Origin: Trueperaceae bacterium
GTDB taxonomy: Bacteria > Deinococcota > Deinococci > Deinococcales > Trueperaceae
DNA length: 62,426 nucleotides
Direction of reading: 5' to 3'
Assembly (NCBI GenBank): GCA_007695125.1
Contig: REEJ01000307.1
Location: forward strand, 1 to 62,426
Shown: positions 46,401 to 56,633 of the stretch, in pieces
How the letters are laid out: each line of letters starts with the position of its first letter
How positions within the stretch are numbered: the first letter of the stretch is position 1
Translations under genes and position numbers: made by a program
The notes under the pieces: model-generated
What the model was told of the DNA's origin: nothing
Seen by the model: the letters and a program-made list of their open reading frames with translations, nothing else
Databases searched by the model: none

Positions 46401-48067
46401 CACGCGCTCCCGTCCTGGGCGTTCACGCCGGGCTGCGCGCTCGCCTGCGGCACGGCGGCTCCGGCCACCAGCGCCTCGTACTCTTCGCGGAAGTAGTGCA
46501 GCGTCGACAGCACCGGGTTGGGAGCGGTCTGCCCCAAGCCGCAGAGGCTGTTGTCGCGCACGACCTCGCACAGGGTCTCGAGCCGGTCGAGATCGGGCAG
46601 CGTCCCCTCGCCCGCGCACACCTTCTTGAGCAGCTCGTGCAGCTCATGGGTGCCGGCGCGGCACGGCAGGCACTTGCCGCAGCTCTCGTCCATGCAGAAC
46701 TGCATGAAGAAGCGCGCGACCTCGGGCATCTTGACCTCGTCGTCCATGACGATCAGGCCGCCCGAGCCCATGATCGAGCCGAGCGCCTGCAGGCTCTCGT
46801 AGTCCATCGACGTGTCGAGGTGCTTCGCGGGGATGCAGCCACCGCTGGGACCGCCGGTCTGGGCGGCCTTGAAGGGCCTGCCGCCGGCCACGCCGCCGCC
46901 GATGTCCTCGACGATCTCGCGCAGCGTGATGCCCATGGGCACCTCGATCAGGCCGGTGTTCTCGAGCTTGCCGGCCAGCGCGAACACCTTCGTGCCGCGG
47001 CTGCGCTCGGTACCGATCGAGGCGAACCACTCGGCGCCGCGGTTGAGGATGGTCGGCACGTTGGCGAGCGTCTCGACGTTCTGGATCAGACTGGGATTGC
47101 CCCACAAGCCGCGCTCGGTGGGGTACGGGGGCCGCAGCACCGGGGTGCCGCGTCCGCCCATGATCGACGCCATCAGGGCCGTCTCTTCGCCGCACACGAA
47201 GGCGCCGGCACCGATGCGGATCTCGACGTCGAAGGCGAAGGCGGTCCCGAAGATGCTCTTGCCGAGCACCTTGTTGCGCTTGGCCTGACGGATGGCCTGC
47301 TCGAGGCGCCGCACGGCCACGGGGTACTCCGCGCGCACGTAGATGAACCCTTGCTTGGCACCCGTGGCGTAGGCGCACAGCGCCAGCCCCTCGAGCACGC
47401 GGTGCGGGTCGTCCTCCATGACGGTGCGGTCCATGTAGGCGCCGGGGTCGCCCTCGTCGCCGTTGGCGATCACGCTCTTGTCGTCGCCCGGCGCCTTGGC
47501 CAGCAGCGACCACTTGTTGCCGGCGGGGTAGCCGCCACCGCCGCGGCCACGCAGGCCGCTCTTGAGGACCTCGTCCACGACCGCCTCGGGCGTCATCTCG
47601 AGGACGGCGCGCTCGAGCGCCTTGTAGCCGCCGCGCAGGATGTAGTCCTCGATGCGGTTGGGGTCGTGCTCACCGAGGTGCTCGAGCACCACGCGCACCT
47701 GGCGCGCGAAGAAGGGGTGGTCGAGCGACAGCTGGCCGTGCTCGACCGCTTCGCCGCCGACCACGTGACGCTCGGCGATCTCGCGCGCGGCGTCACCGTC
47801 GACGTCGGCGTAGAGGACCTCGTCCTCGCCGCGGCGCCGCACCTTGACGAGCGGGCCGCGGCTGCACAGGCCCATGCAGCCGGTTGACACGACGCGCACG
47901 TCGCGCTCCAGGCCGTTGGACGCGACGACCTCGTCGATCGCGTCGCGCGCGGCCTGTCCGCCGCTGGTGAGGCAGGCGGTGCTGCCGCAGCACAAGACGC
48001 TGCTGACGAAGGCCCCCTGGGCCTCGGCCTCCTTCTGGGCGATGTCGAACAGGTCCGGGGTGCTCAT
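46400..48067 (-). CDS. hoxF: Diaphorase NAD(P)H/FMN-binding subunit (NuoF-like with N-terminal thioredoxin-like 2Fe-2S domain)
   Basis: Motifs [30 protein letters not shown] and SLCGLG. Confidence 0.95.
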   Translation of the reverse strand: MSTPDLFDIAQKEAEAQGAFVSSVLCCGSTACLTSGGQAARDAIDEVVASNGLERDVRVVSTGCMGLCSRGPLVKVRRRGEDEVLYADVDGDAAREIAERHVVGGEAVEHGQLSLDHPFFARQVRVVLEHLGEHDPNRIEDYILRGGYKALERAVLEMTPEAVVDEVLKSGLRGRGGGGYPAGNKWSLLAKAPGDDKSVIANGDEGDPGAYMDRTVMEDDPHRVLEGLALCAYATGAKQGFIYVRAEYPVAVRRLEQAIRQAKRNKVLGKSIFGTAFAFDVEIRIGAGAFVCGEETALMASIMGGRGTPVLRPPYPTERGLWGNPSLIQNVETLANVPTILNRGAEWFASIGTERSRGTKVFALAGKLENTGLIEVPMGITLREIVEDIGGGVAGGRPFKAAQTGGPSGGCIPAKHLDTSMDYESLQALGSIMGSGGLIVMDDEVKMPEVARFFMQFCMDESCGKCLPCRAGTHELHELLKKVCAGEGTLPDLDRLETLCEVVRDNSLCGLGQTAPNPVLSTLHYFREEYEALVAGAAVPQASAQPGVNAQDGSA

Positions 48068-48639
48068 GACGCGCCTCCGTCGACCATCGGCCCGACACCG
48101 GCCTTGTCGAGGGCCGCGAGCAGCATCTCGGAGCTCGCCTTGCCGACCACCACGCCGTCGACGAGCGCGACGGGCGCGAGGCCGCAGGCGCCGACGCAGC
48201 GGGCCTGCAGCAGCGACAGGACGCCGTCTTCGCGCGTCTGCCCCTCGGGCACGCCGAACTCGCGCTCGACCGCCGCGATGAGCTCGTCGGCGCCCTTCAC
48301 GAAGCAGGCGGTGCCGGTGCAGACGGTACAGATGTGCTCACCCTTCGGCTCGAAGGTGAACAGGTGGTAGAAGGTCGCGACGCCGAGCACGCGGCTCGGG
48401 GGCAACTGGAGCTCCTTCGCGACGCGCAGCAACTGCACGGGATCGAGGAAGCCGTAGATGTCCTGCACCGCGTGCAACACCTCGATCAGCGCGTCGGCGC
48501 GGTAGCGCACCATCTTCAGCTGCGTGGTGAGCATCTTCTCCCGCGGGTCCTCCGCGGCGCCGTTGCCAGCCGCCGCGGCCTTCGCCGCGGGCGTGGGACG
48601 CTCTGCTCCCGCAGTCGGTGTCGTCCGTTGATCTGCCAT
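48064..48639 (-). CDS. hoxE: Diaphorase 2Fe-2S subunit (NuoE-like)
   Basis: Start taken at the ATG at 48639 (GAGAGGA upstream). Motifs [10 protein letters not shown] and [14 protein letters not shown] overlap with hoxF. Confidence 0.9.
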   Translation of the reverse strand: MADQRTTPTAGAERPTPAAKAAAAGNGAAEDPREKMLTTQLKMVRYRADALIEVLHAVQDIYGFLDPVQLLRVAKELQLPPSRVLGVATFYHLFTFEPKGEHICTVCTGTACFVKGADELIAAVEREFGVPEGQTREDGVLSLLQARCVGACGLAPVALVDGVVVGKASSEMLLAALDKAGVGPMVDGGAS

Positions 48640-48844
48640 GCCGCCGTCCTCTCGTTGCGCCTCGCGCCCCGACACCGACGGTGGTCGGGGGGCGGGCGCT
48701 GCCTCCGCCATCATCGCCCGCTCGTGCGGCCCCTCACGAGGAACGAACGTCCCCAGCGCGAAGGCGCAAGAACGTCGGCGCCCACGCGTTTCGTCGGCTG
48801 GCAGGAGGGTATCGGGCGATGCCGACGGTGCTGGAGCCGGCGGT

Positions 48845-49558
48845 TCAGTCGTCGTCCAACGTCGCTGCCTCGAGGGCGGCGACGCGGCGTTCGAGCGCGG
48901 CGAGGCGTGCAGCGAGCTCGGTCATCGTCGCGGCCTGACCGGCCAGGGCACCAGGCGGCCGCTCGACCGACGCCGCGGGCGCTGCCTCGCGGTCGCCGCG
49001 CTCAGCGCCACCCGCAGCCGTCGACGGGCTCGCTTCAGCGCCGCGCACGCGCGGTCGCAGGCGCTCCTCGCCGCCGGCGAGGGTGTGCCGCCAGCGGTCC
49101 TGGCTCTGCCCGGGTCGGCGACCGAGGTTCTCGACCAGCGGCGAGCCGCGCTCCGCCAGGCGCTGCAAGGCCGCCTCGACGCTGGCGGCGTCGTTCGGGA
49201 CGCCATAGCGCTCGATCCGTGCGCGCAGCTCGCCGGGTGTCTGCTCGCCGCGCAGCATCAGCACCGCGACGAGCGAGAGCTCGAGCGGCGCCACGTCCCA
49301 GACGCGCGCCAGTTGGTGGCGGTGCTTCGCGACGCGGTCCGAGACCTCCTGAACGGTGGCGACGAACCCGCGCTCGCGCAAGCGGAACGCGGCCTCTTGC
49401 ACCTCTTGCAAGTGGTAGTCCGTGACCGGTTCGCGGCTGGTGCGCTGGTTGCAGGCCGTGACGAGCGCTTGGGGCGAGAGCGGGTAGGTGTCGGGCGTGG
49501 TGCGCTCCTTCTCGACGAGGGCGCCCAGCACCCGGATCTCGACGTCCGAGAACGGCAT
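48845..49558 (-). CDS. yceH: YceH/DUF480-family protein with a C-terminal coiled coil
   Basis: Start at the ATG at 49558. Motifs EIRVLGALVEKERTTPDTYPLS..LVTACNQRTSREPV and LRGEQTPGELR. Confidence 0.8.
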   Translation of the reverse strand: MPFSDVEIRVLGALVEKERTTPDTYPLSPQALVTACNQRTSREPVTDYHLQEVQEAAFRLRERGFVATVQEVSDRVAKHRHQLARVWDVAPLELSLVAVLMLRGEQTPGELRARIERYGVPNDAASVEAALQRLAERGSPLVENLGRRPGQSQDRWRHTLAGGEERLRPRVRGAEASPSTAAGGAERGDREAAPAASVERPPGALAGQAATMTELAARLAALERRVAALEAATLDDD

Positions 49559-49755
49559 GCGCCTAGGGTACCGCGTGCGCTGCGGCTGCGGGAGCAGCCG
49601 GTGACGCCATCGAGAGGCGCTGCCGACGGGCTCCGTCCGGCCGCGACGTGGCGGAACGGCACGCGCCCCGGGGCCGACGTTCGTGCGAAGTGGCACAAGG
49701 GACACAAGGTCCTGGCGCTTCCGGCTACCGTGGGAGTAACGGACAGGAGGACCGC

Positions 49756-49983
49756 ATGCACGGCACCGTGACGGTCGACGAGACGCTCTGCAAGGGCTGC
49801 GCCCTGTGCATCCCCGTGTGCCCGAAGGGTCTGATGCGCGTGGCTGACGATCGCTTCAACGCCCGGGGGGTGCACCCGGCCGAGCTGATCGACCCGGCGA
49901 ACGCCTGCACCGGCTGCCAGCTCTGCGCCACCATGTGCCCCGAGGCCGCGATCACGGTCTACCGCGCGGCCAAGGTCGCATGA
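49756..49983 (+). CDS. korD: 2-oxoacid:ferredoxin oxidoreductase delta subunit (2x[4Fe-4S] ferredoxin)
   Basis: ATG at 49756 preceded by AGGAGG. Motifs CKGCALCIPVCP and CTGCQLCATMCP. Confidence 0.85.
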   Translation: MHGTVTVDETLCKGCALCIPVCPKGLMRVADDRFNARGVHPAELIDPANACTGCQLCATMCPEAAITVYRAAKVA

Positions 49984-49995
49984 GGGGGGCCGGAG

Positions 49996-51092
49996 ATGGC
50001 GCGTGAACTGCTGAAAGGCAACGTCGCCTTCGCCGAGGCCGCGATCCGCGCCGGCTGCGAGGCGTACTTCGGCTACCCGATCACGCCGCAGACCGAGGCG
50101 CTGGAGCACATGGCCGTGCGCATGCCCGAGCTCGGGCGGACCTTCGTGCAAGCCGAGAGCGAGGTGGCGGCCATCAACATGGTCTACGGCGCCGCCGCGG
50201 CCGGGGTGCGCACGATGACCTCCTCGTCGAGCCCCGGCGTCAGCCTGATGATGGAAGGCCTGTCGTACATGGCCGGCTCCGAGGTGCCCGCCGTCGTCGT
50301 CGACGTCATGCGCGGCGGTCCGGGGCTCGGCAACATCGCGCCGGCGCAGAGCGACTACACCCAGATGGTCAAGGGTGGCGGCCACGGCGATTACCGCCAG
50401 ATCGTGCTGGCCCCGGCCAGCGTGCAGGAGCTGATCGATCACACCGTCTTGGCCTTCGACCTGGCGGACCGCTACCGCATCGTCAGCGTCGTCTTGGCCG
50501 ACGGCAGCCTGGGCCAGATGATGGAGGGCGCCGAGCTGCCGGCCATGAGGCCGCCGCGCGCCGCCGACGCGTCCCCGGCATGGGCGCTGAGCGGCGCGAA
50601 GGGGCGCGACACCAACCTGATCTCGTCGATCCACCTCGACCCGGACGAAGAGGAGCGCTTCAACCACCACCTCCAGGCCAAGTACGCGGCCATCGAGGCC
50701 GCCGAGATCCGCTACGAAGAGCACCTGTTGGACGACGCCAGCATCGCCGTGGTCGCCTTCGGCACCGCGGCGCGCTTGGCCAAGACGGCGATCGCGGGCG
50801 AGCGCGCGGCCGGTGTGGCCGTCGGGTTGTTCCGCCCGATCACCCTGTGGCCCTTCCCGACCGACGCGCTGCGCGACCTGAGCGAGCGCGTGGAGGCGAT
50901 CCTCGTGGTCGAGATGAACATGGGTCAGATGCTCGAAGACGTGCAACGCGTCGTCGCTGAGCGCTGCCCGGTCGGTTTCTTCGGGCGCACGGGCGGCGTG
51001 ATGCCGATGCCCGAGGAGATCGCCGCGCGCATCCGCGCCCTGGCCGTCGAGCTGGGCGCCGCAGTGAGCGACGCCCCCGAGGAGGTGCGCAC

Positions 51093-51096
<4 letters not shown>
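49996..51096 (+). CDS. korA: 2-oxoacid (probably 2-oxoglutarate):ferredoxin oxidoreductase alpha subunit
   Basis: 366 aa. Motifs [22 protein letters not shown]. Confidence 0.88.
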
Positions 51097-51877
<781 letters not shown>

Positions 51878-51881
<4 letters not shown>

Positions 51882-52447
51882 CCTTCGACGTGATCATCGC
51901 CGGCTTCGGCGGCCAAGGGGTGCTGTTCGCGGGCCAGCTGCTGGCGCACGCCGCCCTCGACGCCGGCCTCGAGACGACGTGGTACCCGTCCTACGGCCCC
52001 GAGATGCGCGGGGGCACCGCCAACTGCACCGTCGTGATCAGCGACGAACCCATCGGCTCGCCGGTCACCGAGCGGCCACAGGCCGCGATCGTCATGAACC
52101 TCCCGTCGCTGGTTCGCTACGAGCCGCTGGTCCGGCCCGGCGGCGTGCTGGTGGTGAACACGTCGTTGATCGACCGCGCCGTAGAGCGCGACGACATCGA
52201 CGCGATCGCCATCCCCGCCGACGACGTGGCCGCCGAGCTGGGGAACCCGAAGCTCACCAACATGGTGCTGCTCGGCGCGCTGCTCGCGCGCACCAGCGCC
52301 CTCACGACCGCGCAGGTCGGCGCCACGCTGGAACGCGTCCTGCCCGCGCGGCACCACCACCTGCTCGGCGCCAACCACGCCGCGCTGGCGCGCGGCGCCG
52401 AGCTGGCCACGGAGGCCGCCGCGCGCGACGCGACGCCGACGGCCTGA
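51878..52447 (+). CDS. korC: 2-oxoacid:ferredoxin oxidoreductase gamma subunit
   Basis: Motifs [10 protein letters not shown] and [12 protein letters not shown] overlap. Confidence 0.88.
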
Positions 52448-52468
52448 CGCACCACGCCTGACCTCGAC

Positions 52469-52521
52469 CTGCGGGCGGCCTCGGCCTGACCCGCAGATGC
52501 GCCGACCCGGCGGGTCGGCGC
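52469..52521 (+). terminator. Two consecutive GC stem-loops after the kor operon
   Basis: CTGCGGG..CCCGCAG (52469-52496) and a perfect 10-bp stem GCGCCGACCC-ggc-GGGTCGGCGC (52499-52521). No U-tract. Confidence 0.5.
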
Positions 52522-52524
52522 CGA

Positions 52525-52580
52525 TTGACATGCGCCCTGCGGGTGCCGTACATTCCTGACACCTGAATCAGTCGTCAGGT
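52525..52580 (+). promoter_or_regulatory. Promoter with overlapping inverted repeat (candidate TetR operator)
   Basis: TTGACA (52525-52530), 18 nt, TACATT (52549-52554). Inverted repeat ACCTGA-8 nt-TCAGGT at 52561-52580, plus CCTGAC/GTCAGG. Confidence 0.55.
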
Positions 52581-52643
52581 TCTCGCGCCTGCTGCCCGGC
52601 AGCGCTGCGCGAGACCCGACCGCTACGCCGGAGGAGAGACCGC

Positions 52644-53240
52644 GTGTCGACGCTCCCCCGCCCCGCCACCGCGCGCGGCGAAGCGACCCGTCAGAAGCTC
52701 CTGGACGCCGCCGAGGCCGAGATCGGCGCGCGCGGCTTCCACGCCACGTCGGTGGCCGCCATCACGCGGCGCGCCGGCGTCGGCCAGGGCACGTTCTACC
52801 TCTACTTCCCCAGCAAGGAAGACGCCTTGCGCGAGCTGGTGCGCCACATGGGCAAGGCGCTGCGCTGGGCCCTGGCGCGCGCCACCGCCGGCGCCGGCGA
52901 CCGGCTCGGTGTGGAGCGCGCCGGCTTCGAGGCGTTCGCGCGCTTCAGCCTCGCGCACCGCAACCTCTACCGCGTGGTCATGGAGTCGCAGTTCGTCGAC
53001 GAGAGCATCTACCGCGAGTACTACGAGACGCTCGCCGACGGCTACGCCGAGGCGCTCGAACACGCTCGCTCGCGCGGCGAGATCCGCGCCGTCGACCCCA
53101 CCGCCGCCGCCTGGGCGCTGATGGGCATCGCGCACTTCGTCGGCCTGCGCTACGCCATCTGGCAGGGCCGCGCGCCGAGCGCCCAAGAGCTCGACGACGT
53201 GTTCGACCTCGTGCGGCGCGGGCTGGAGGCGCCGGCGTGA
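52644..53240 (+). CDS. TetR-family transcriptional regulator
   Basis: GTG at 52644 preceded by GGAGGAG. Helix-turn-helix GFHATSVAAITRRAGVGQGTFYLYF. Confidence 0.9.
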   Translation: MSTLPRPATARGEATRQKLLDAAEAEIGARGFHATSVAAITRRAGVGQGTFYLYFPSKEDALRELVRHMGKALRWALARATAGAGDRLGVERAGFEAFARFSLAHRNLYRVVMESQFVDESIYREYYETLADGYAEALEHARSRGEIRAVDPTAAAWALMGIAHFVGLRYAIWQGRAPSAQELDDVFDLVRRGLEAPA

Positions 53241-54286
53241 GCACCCGACAGACCGGCCCAGACCGATCGGCCCGCGCGCCCGACGCACCCGGCGTCACCG
53301 GACTCGCCACCTACGTGCCCAGCGGCCGCATGTCGCCCGCCGAGGTCGCCGCCGCCAGCGGGCTCCCCGAGTGGGTGGTGCGCGACAAGCTCGGCCTCCA
53401 CGCCCGCGTGGTCCCCGGTCCCGACGACCAGCCCACCGCGATGGCCGTGCGCGCCGCCCGACGTGCGCTCGAACGCGCGGGACGGACCCCCGAGGACGTC
53501 GACGTCGTGGTCTGCATCACCGAGGAACACAAGGAGTACCCGGTCTGGACGGCCGGCATCAAGCTCGCCTTCGACCTCGGCGCCGAGCGCGCCTACGCCT
53601 TCGACGTCGGGCAGAAGTGCGGCACCTCGGTCCTGGCACTCAAGCTCGCGCACGACCTGCTCGTCGCCGATCCCGAGCTCGACGTCGTGCTGATCGCCGG
53701 CGGCTACCGCAACGGCGACCTCATCGACCTGTGCGACCCGCAGGTGCGCTTCATGTACAACCTCGGCGCCGGCGCCGGGGCGATGGTGGTCGAGCGTGGC
53801 CGCGGCCACGCCATCGGCCCCGCGCACGTGATCACCGACGGCAGCTTCTCGCTCGACGTGATGGTCCCCGTCGGCGGCACCGCCGAGCCCCTCAGCGCCG
53901 CCAACGTGGCCGACTACCGGCTGCAGGTGCGCGACCCGGACGGCATGAAGCTGCGCCTGGAGCGGCGCTCGATGCAGCACTTCGCCACCGTCGTCGAGCG
54001 CGCGGTCGCCAAGGCGGGCGCCAGCATGGATGAGGTCGCCTACCTGGCGATGCTGCACGTCAAGCCCAGCGCCCACGCGGCGCTCCTCGCCACCCTCGGC
54101 ATCCCGGCCGAGCGTTCGATCTACCTGGCCGACTACGGCCACCTCGGCCAGGTCGACCAGATCCTGTCGCTCGAGCTCGCCGCCGCGGCCGGCACGCTGC
54201 GCGAGGGCGACCTGGTGGTGCTGGTCGCGGCCGGCGTCGGCTACGTCTGGAACGCGATCACCCTGCGCTGGGGGGCCGCGCCGTGA
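53237..54286 (+). CDS. KAS-III (FabH)-like condensing-enzyme homolog with atypical active-site motifs
   Basis: 349 aa with a thiolase-fold pattern. Cys in GQKCGTS. HVKPS replaces HQAN, and YGHLGQ replaces GNTSAA. GTGA overlaps on both sides. Confidence 0.7.
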   Translation: MSTRQTGPDRSARAPDAPGVTGLATYVPSGRMSPAEVAAASGLPEWVVRDKLGLHARVVPGPDDQPTAMAVRAARRALERAGRTPEDVDVVVCITEEHKEYPVWTAGIKLAFDLGAERAYAFDVGQKCGTSVLALKLAHDLLVADPELDVVLIAGGYRNGDLIDLCDPQVRFMYNLGAGAGAMVVERGRGHAIGPAHVITDGSFSLDVMVPVGGTAEPLSAANVADYRLQVRDPDGMKLRLERRSMQHFATVVERAVAKAGASMDEVAYLAMLHVKPSAHAALLATLGIPAERSIYLADYGHLGQVDQILSLELAAAAGTLREGDLVVLVAAGVGYVWNAITLRWGAAP

Positions 54287-55785
54287 GCCTCGACCTCGCC
54301 GCCTTCCGCGCCGCCGTGACCCCCGAGCGCCCGGCCGTGCACTGGGACGGCCGCTGGTACGACTACGCCAGCATGGACCAGCGCGCGGCGCGTCTGGCGC
54401 GGCGCCTGCACGATTTCGGGATCGAGCGCTTCGACCGCATCGCGATCCTCGCCCACAACCACCTGGCCCACCTCGACCTGTGGCTCGCCGGCGCGAAGGT
54501 CGCCAGCGTCTACGCGCCGCTCAACCCGCGCCTCGCCGAGCGCGAGCTGCGCTCGGTGGTCGACATGCTGCGCCCGCGGCTGCTGCTCTTCGACGCCGAG
54601 CACGCTGCGCTGGCCGAGCGCTTGGCGCTGCCGCGCGTGTCGCTCGACGACTACGACGCCTGGTTGGGCCACGGCGACCCCGCCCCCGACGCGCACGTGC
54701 GCCCGGACGATCCGCAGATGATCCTGCTCACGGGCGGCACCACCGGAGCGCCCAAAGGCGCCGTGCTGCCCTACCGGCAGCAGATCGCCAACGCCGCCGC
54801 GACCGTCCTCAGCTGGGGGCTGCGCGACGACGACCTGGTGGTGCAGGCGACACCGTGCTTCCACGCCGCGATGAACGCGTTCACCACGCCGCTCTACGCG
54901 CTGGGCGCTCGGGTCGCGCTGATGCGGCGCTTCGACGCCGACGCCTACCTGCGGCTCGTCGACGAGCTGGGCGCGACCGTGCTGTTCATGGTCCCCACCA
55001 TGTTCCAGATGCTGGCCGCCGATCCCGCGATCGAAGCGACCGACCTGTCGCGCGTGCGCTGGGCGATCTCGGGCGGCGCGCCGTGCCCGCTGCCGCTGCG
55101 CGACGCCTTCAAGGCGCGCGGCGTGCGCTTCAAGCAGGGCTACGGCCTCACCGAGGCCGGCGTGAACTGCTTCGCCATCGACCTGGACCGCGCCGAGCGC
55201 AAGCCCTGGTCGGTCGGCCGCGCCATCCTCGGCACGGAGGCCGTCGTCCGTCGACCCGACGGCTCGCCAACCGACGTCGACGAGGTCGGCGAGCTGACGC
55301 TGCGCGGGCCGCACCTGTTCGACGGCTACTTCGAGCGCCCGGACGCCACCGCCCAGGTGCTGAAGGGCGGCTGGCTGTGGACCGGCGACCTCGCGCGCAT
55401 CGACGCCGAGGGCGACGTCACCATCGCGGGTCGGCGCAAGGAGATGTTCATCTCGGGCGGCGAGAACGTCTACCCCGCCGAGGTCGCGGCCGCCCTCGAC
55501 GACCACCCCGAGGTCGCCGCCTGCGCGGTCACCGCCGTGCCCGACGAGCGCTGGGGCGAGGTCGGCCTGGCGGCGGTGGTCACGCAGCCGGGCAGCGCCC
55601 TGGACGCCGCGGCGGTGCGGGCCTTCCTCAAGGAGCGGCTGGCCGGGTACAAGGTCCCCAAACACGTGCGTCTCATGGACGCCCTGCCCGTCTCGGGCGC
55701 CGGCAAGGTGCTCACGCGCGCGCTGCGCGACGCCTTCGTGGCGGAGCGCGACGCCGCGCCCCAGCAGCGCGAGGGCGAGCGATGA
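54283..55785 (+). CDS. AMP-dependent acyl-CoA synthetase/ligase
   Basis: Motifs LLTGGTTGAPKGA, QGYGLTE, WTGDL and the C-terminal GAGKVLTRAL. Confidence 0.9.
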   Translation: MSLDLAAFRAAVTPERPAVHWDGRWYDYASMDQRAARLARRLHDFGIERFDRIAILAHNHLAHLDLWLAGAKVASVYAPLNPRLAERELRSVVDMLRPRLLLFDAEHAALAERLALPRVSLDDYDAWLGHGDPAPDAHVRPDDPQMILLTGGTTGAPKGAVLPYRQQIANAAATVLSWGLRDDDLVVQATPCFHAAMNAFTTPLYALGARVALMRRFDADAYLRLVDELGATVLFMVPTMFQMLAADPAIEATDLSRVRWAISGGAPCPLPLRDAFKARGVRFKQGYGLTEAGVNCFAIDLDRAERKPWSVGRAILGTEAVVRRPDGSPTDVDEVGELTLRGPHLFDGYFERPDATAQVLKGGWLWTGDLARIDAEGDVTIAGRRKEMFISGGENVYPAEVAAALDDHPEVAACAVTAVPDERWGEVGLAAVVTQPGSALDAAAVRAFLKERLAGYKVPKHVRLMDALPVSGAGKVLTRALRDAFVAERDAAPQQREGER

Positions 55786-56633
55786 CCCCCGGCTGGGAGG
55801 GCCTCGTCAGCGTCGCCGACGGCGTGCGCCTGCGCGCGCGTTGGGACGGCCCCGACGGCGCGCCGGCCGTGCTCTTGGTCAACGGCCTGATGATGGCGAT
55901 CGAGGCCTGGCAGGGCCTGACCGACCTGGTCGTGCCCGAGTTCCGCGTGCTCCGCTACGACACGCGCGGCCAGGGCGGCAGCGACGACCCGCCCGGGCCA
56001 CACACGATCGAGCGCCACGCCGCCGACCTCGCCGCGCTGCTGCGCGCGCTCGACCCGGGACCGCTCCACGTGGTCGGCCTCTCCAGCGGCGCGCCGATCG
56101 CGCTGCTCGCGAGCGCGGAGCGCGCCCGGACCCGACCCGGAGCGATCCGGAGCATGACGGTCTGCGACGGCTTCCTCGCCCTCGACGCCCACCTCGGCTG
56201 GGTGGTGCGCGCCTGGCTCGCGGCGCACGAGGCGGGTGGGCCCGGGCTGCGCTTCGACATCGCGACGCCGTGGGTGTGGGGGCAGGCCTTCCTGAGTGCC
56301 AATGCCGAGGCGGTCCACGCTTGGCGCGCCGCCGCGCTCGCCGGCGACGCCACGCGCGCCCACAACCTGATCGCAGGCATGGCCGCGTATGGCGGCGACG
56401 CCGGGCCCGCGCTCGATGCCCTCGAATGCCCGGTCCTGGCCCTGGTGGGCGAGGACGACGTCATGACGCCGCCACGCCACGCCCGCGCTATCGCCGCCCG
56501 CGCCGACGACGCCCGTCTCGCGCTGATCGCTGGCGCCGGTCACGCCGCCCCCATCGAGCGCCCCGCCGCCGTGGCGCACGAGCTGCTCGCCTTCTGGCAC
56601 CAGGCCGAGGCGAGGAAGGAGCCCACCCCATGA
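55782..56633 (+). CDS. Alpha/beta-fold hydrolase 1
   Basis: ATG at 55782 (ATGA overlap) inside track ORF 54030..56633. Nucleophile elbow GLSSGA. C-terminal GAGHAAPIE. Confidence 0.8.
   Translation: MTPGWEGLVSVADGVRLRARWDGPDGAPAVLLVNGLMMAIEAWQGLTDLVVPEFRVLRYDTRGQGGSDDPPGPHTIERHAADLAALLRALDPGPLHVVGLSSGAPIALLASAERARTRPGAIRSMTVCDGFLALDAHLGWVVRAWLAAHEAGGPGLRFDIATPWVWGQAFLSANAEAVHAWRAAALAGDATRAHNLIAGMAAYGGDAGPALDALECPVLALVGEDDVMTPPRHARAIAARADDARLALIAGAGHAAPIERPAAVAHELLAFWHQAEARKEPTP

Noticed and set aside
54030-56633. 867-aa ORF that looks like a large fusion protein
   Set aside because: Only its last 283 codons, from the ATG at 55782 (ATGA-coupled to the ligase stop), look like a real alpha/beta hydrolase. 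The upstream part is an out-of-frame shadow of the KAS-III-like and ligase genes.
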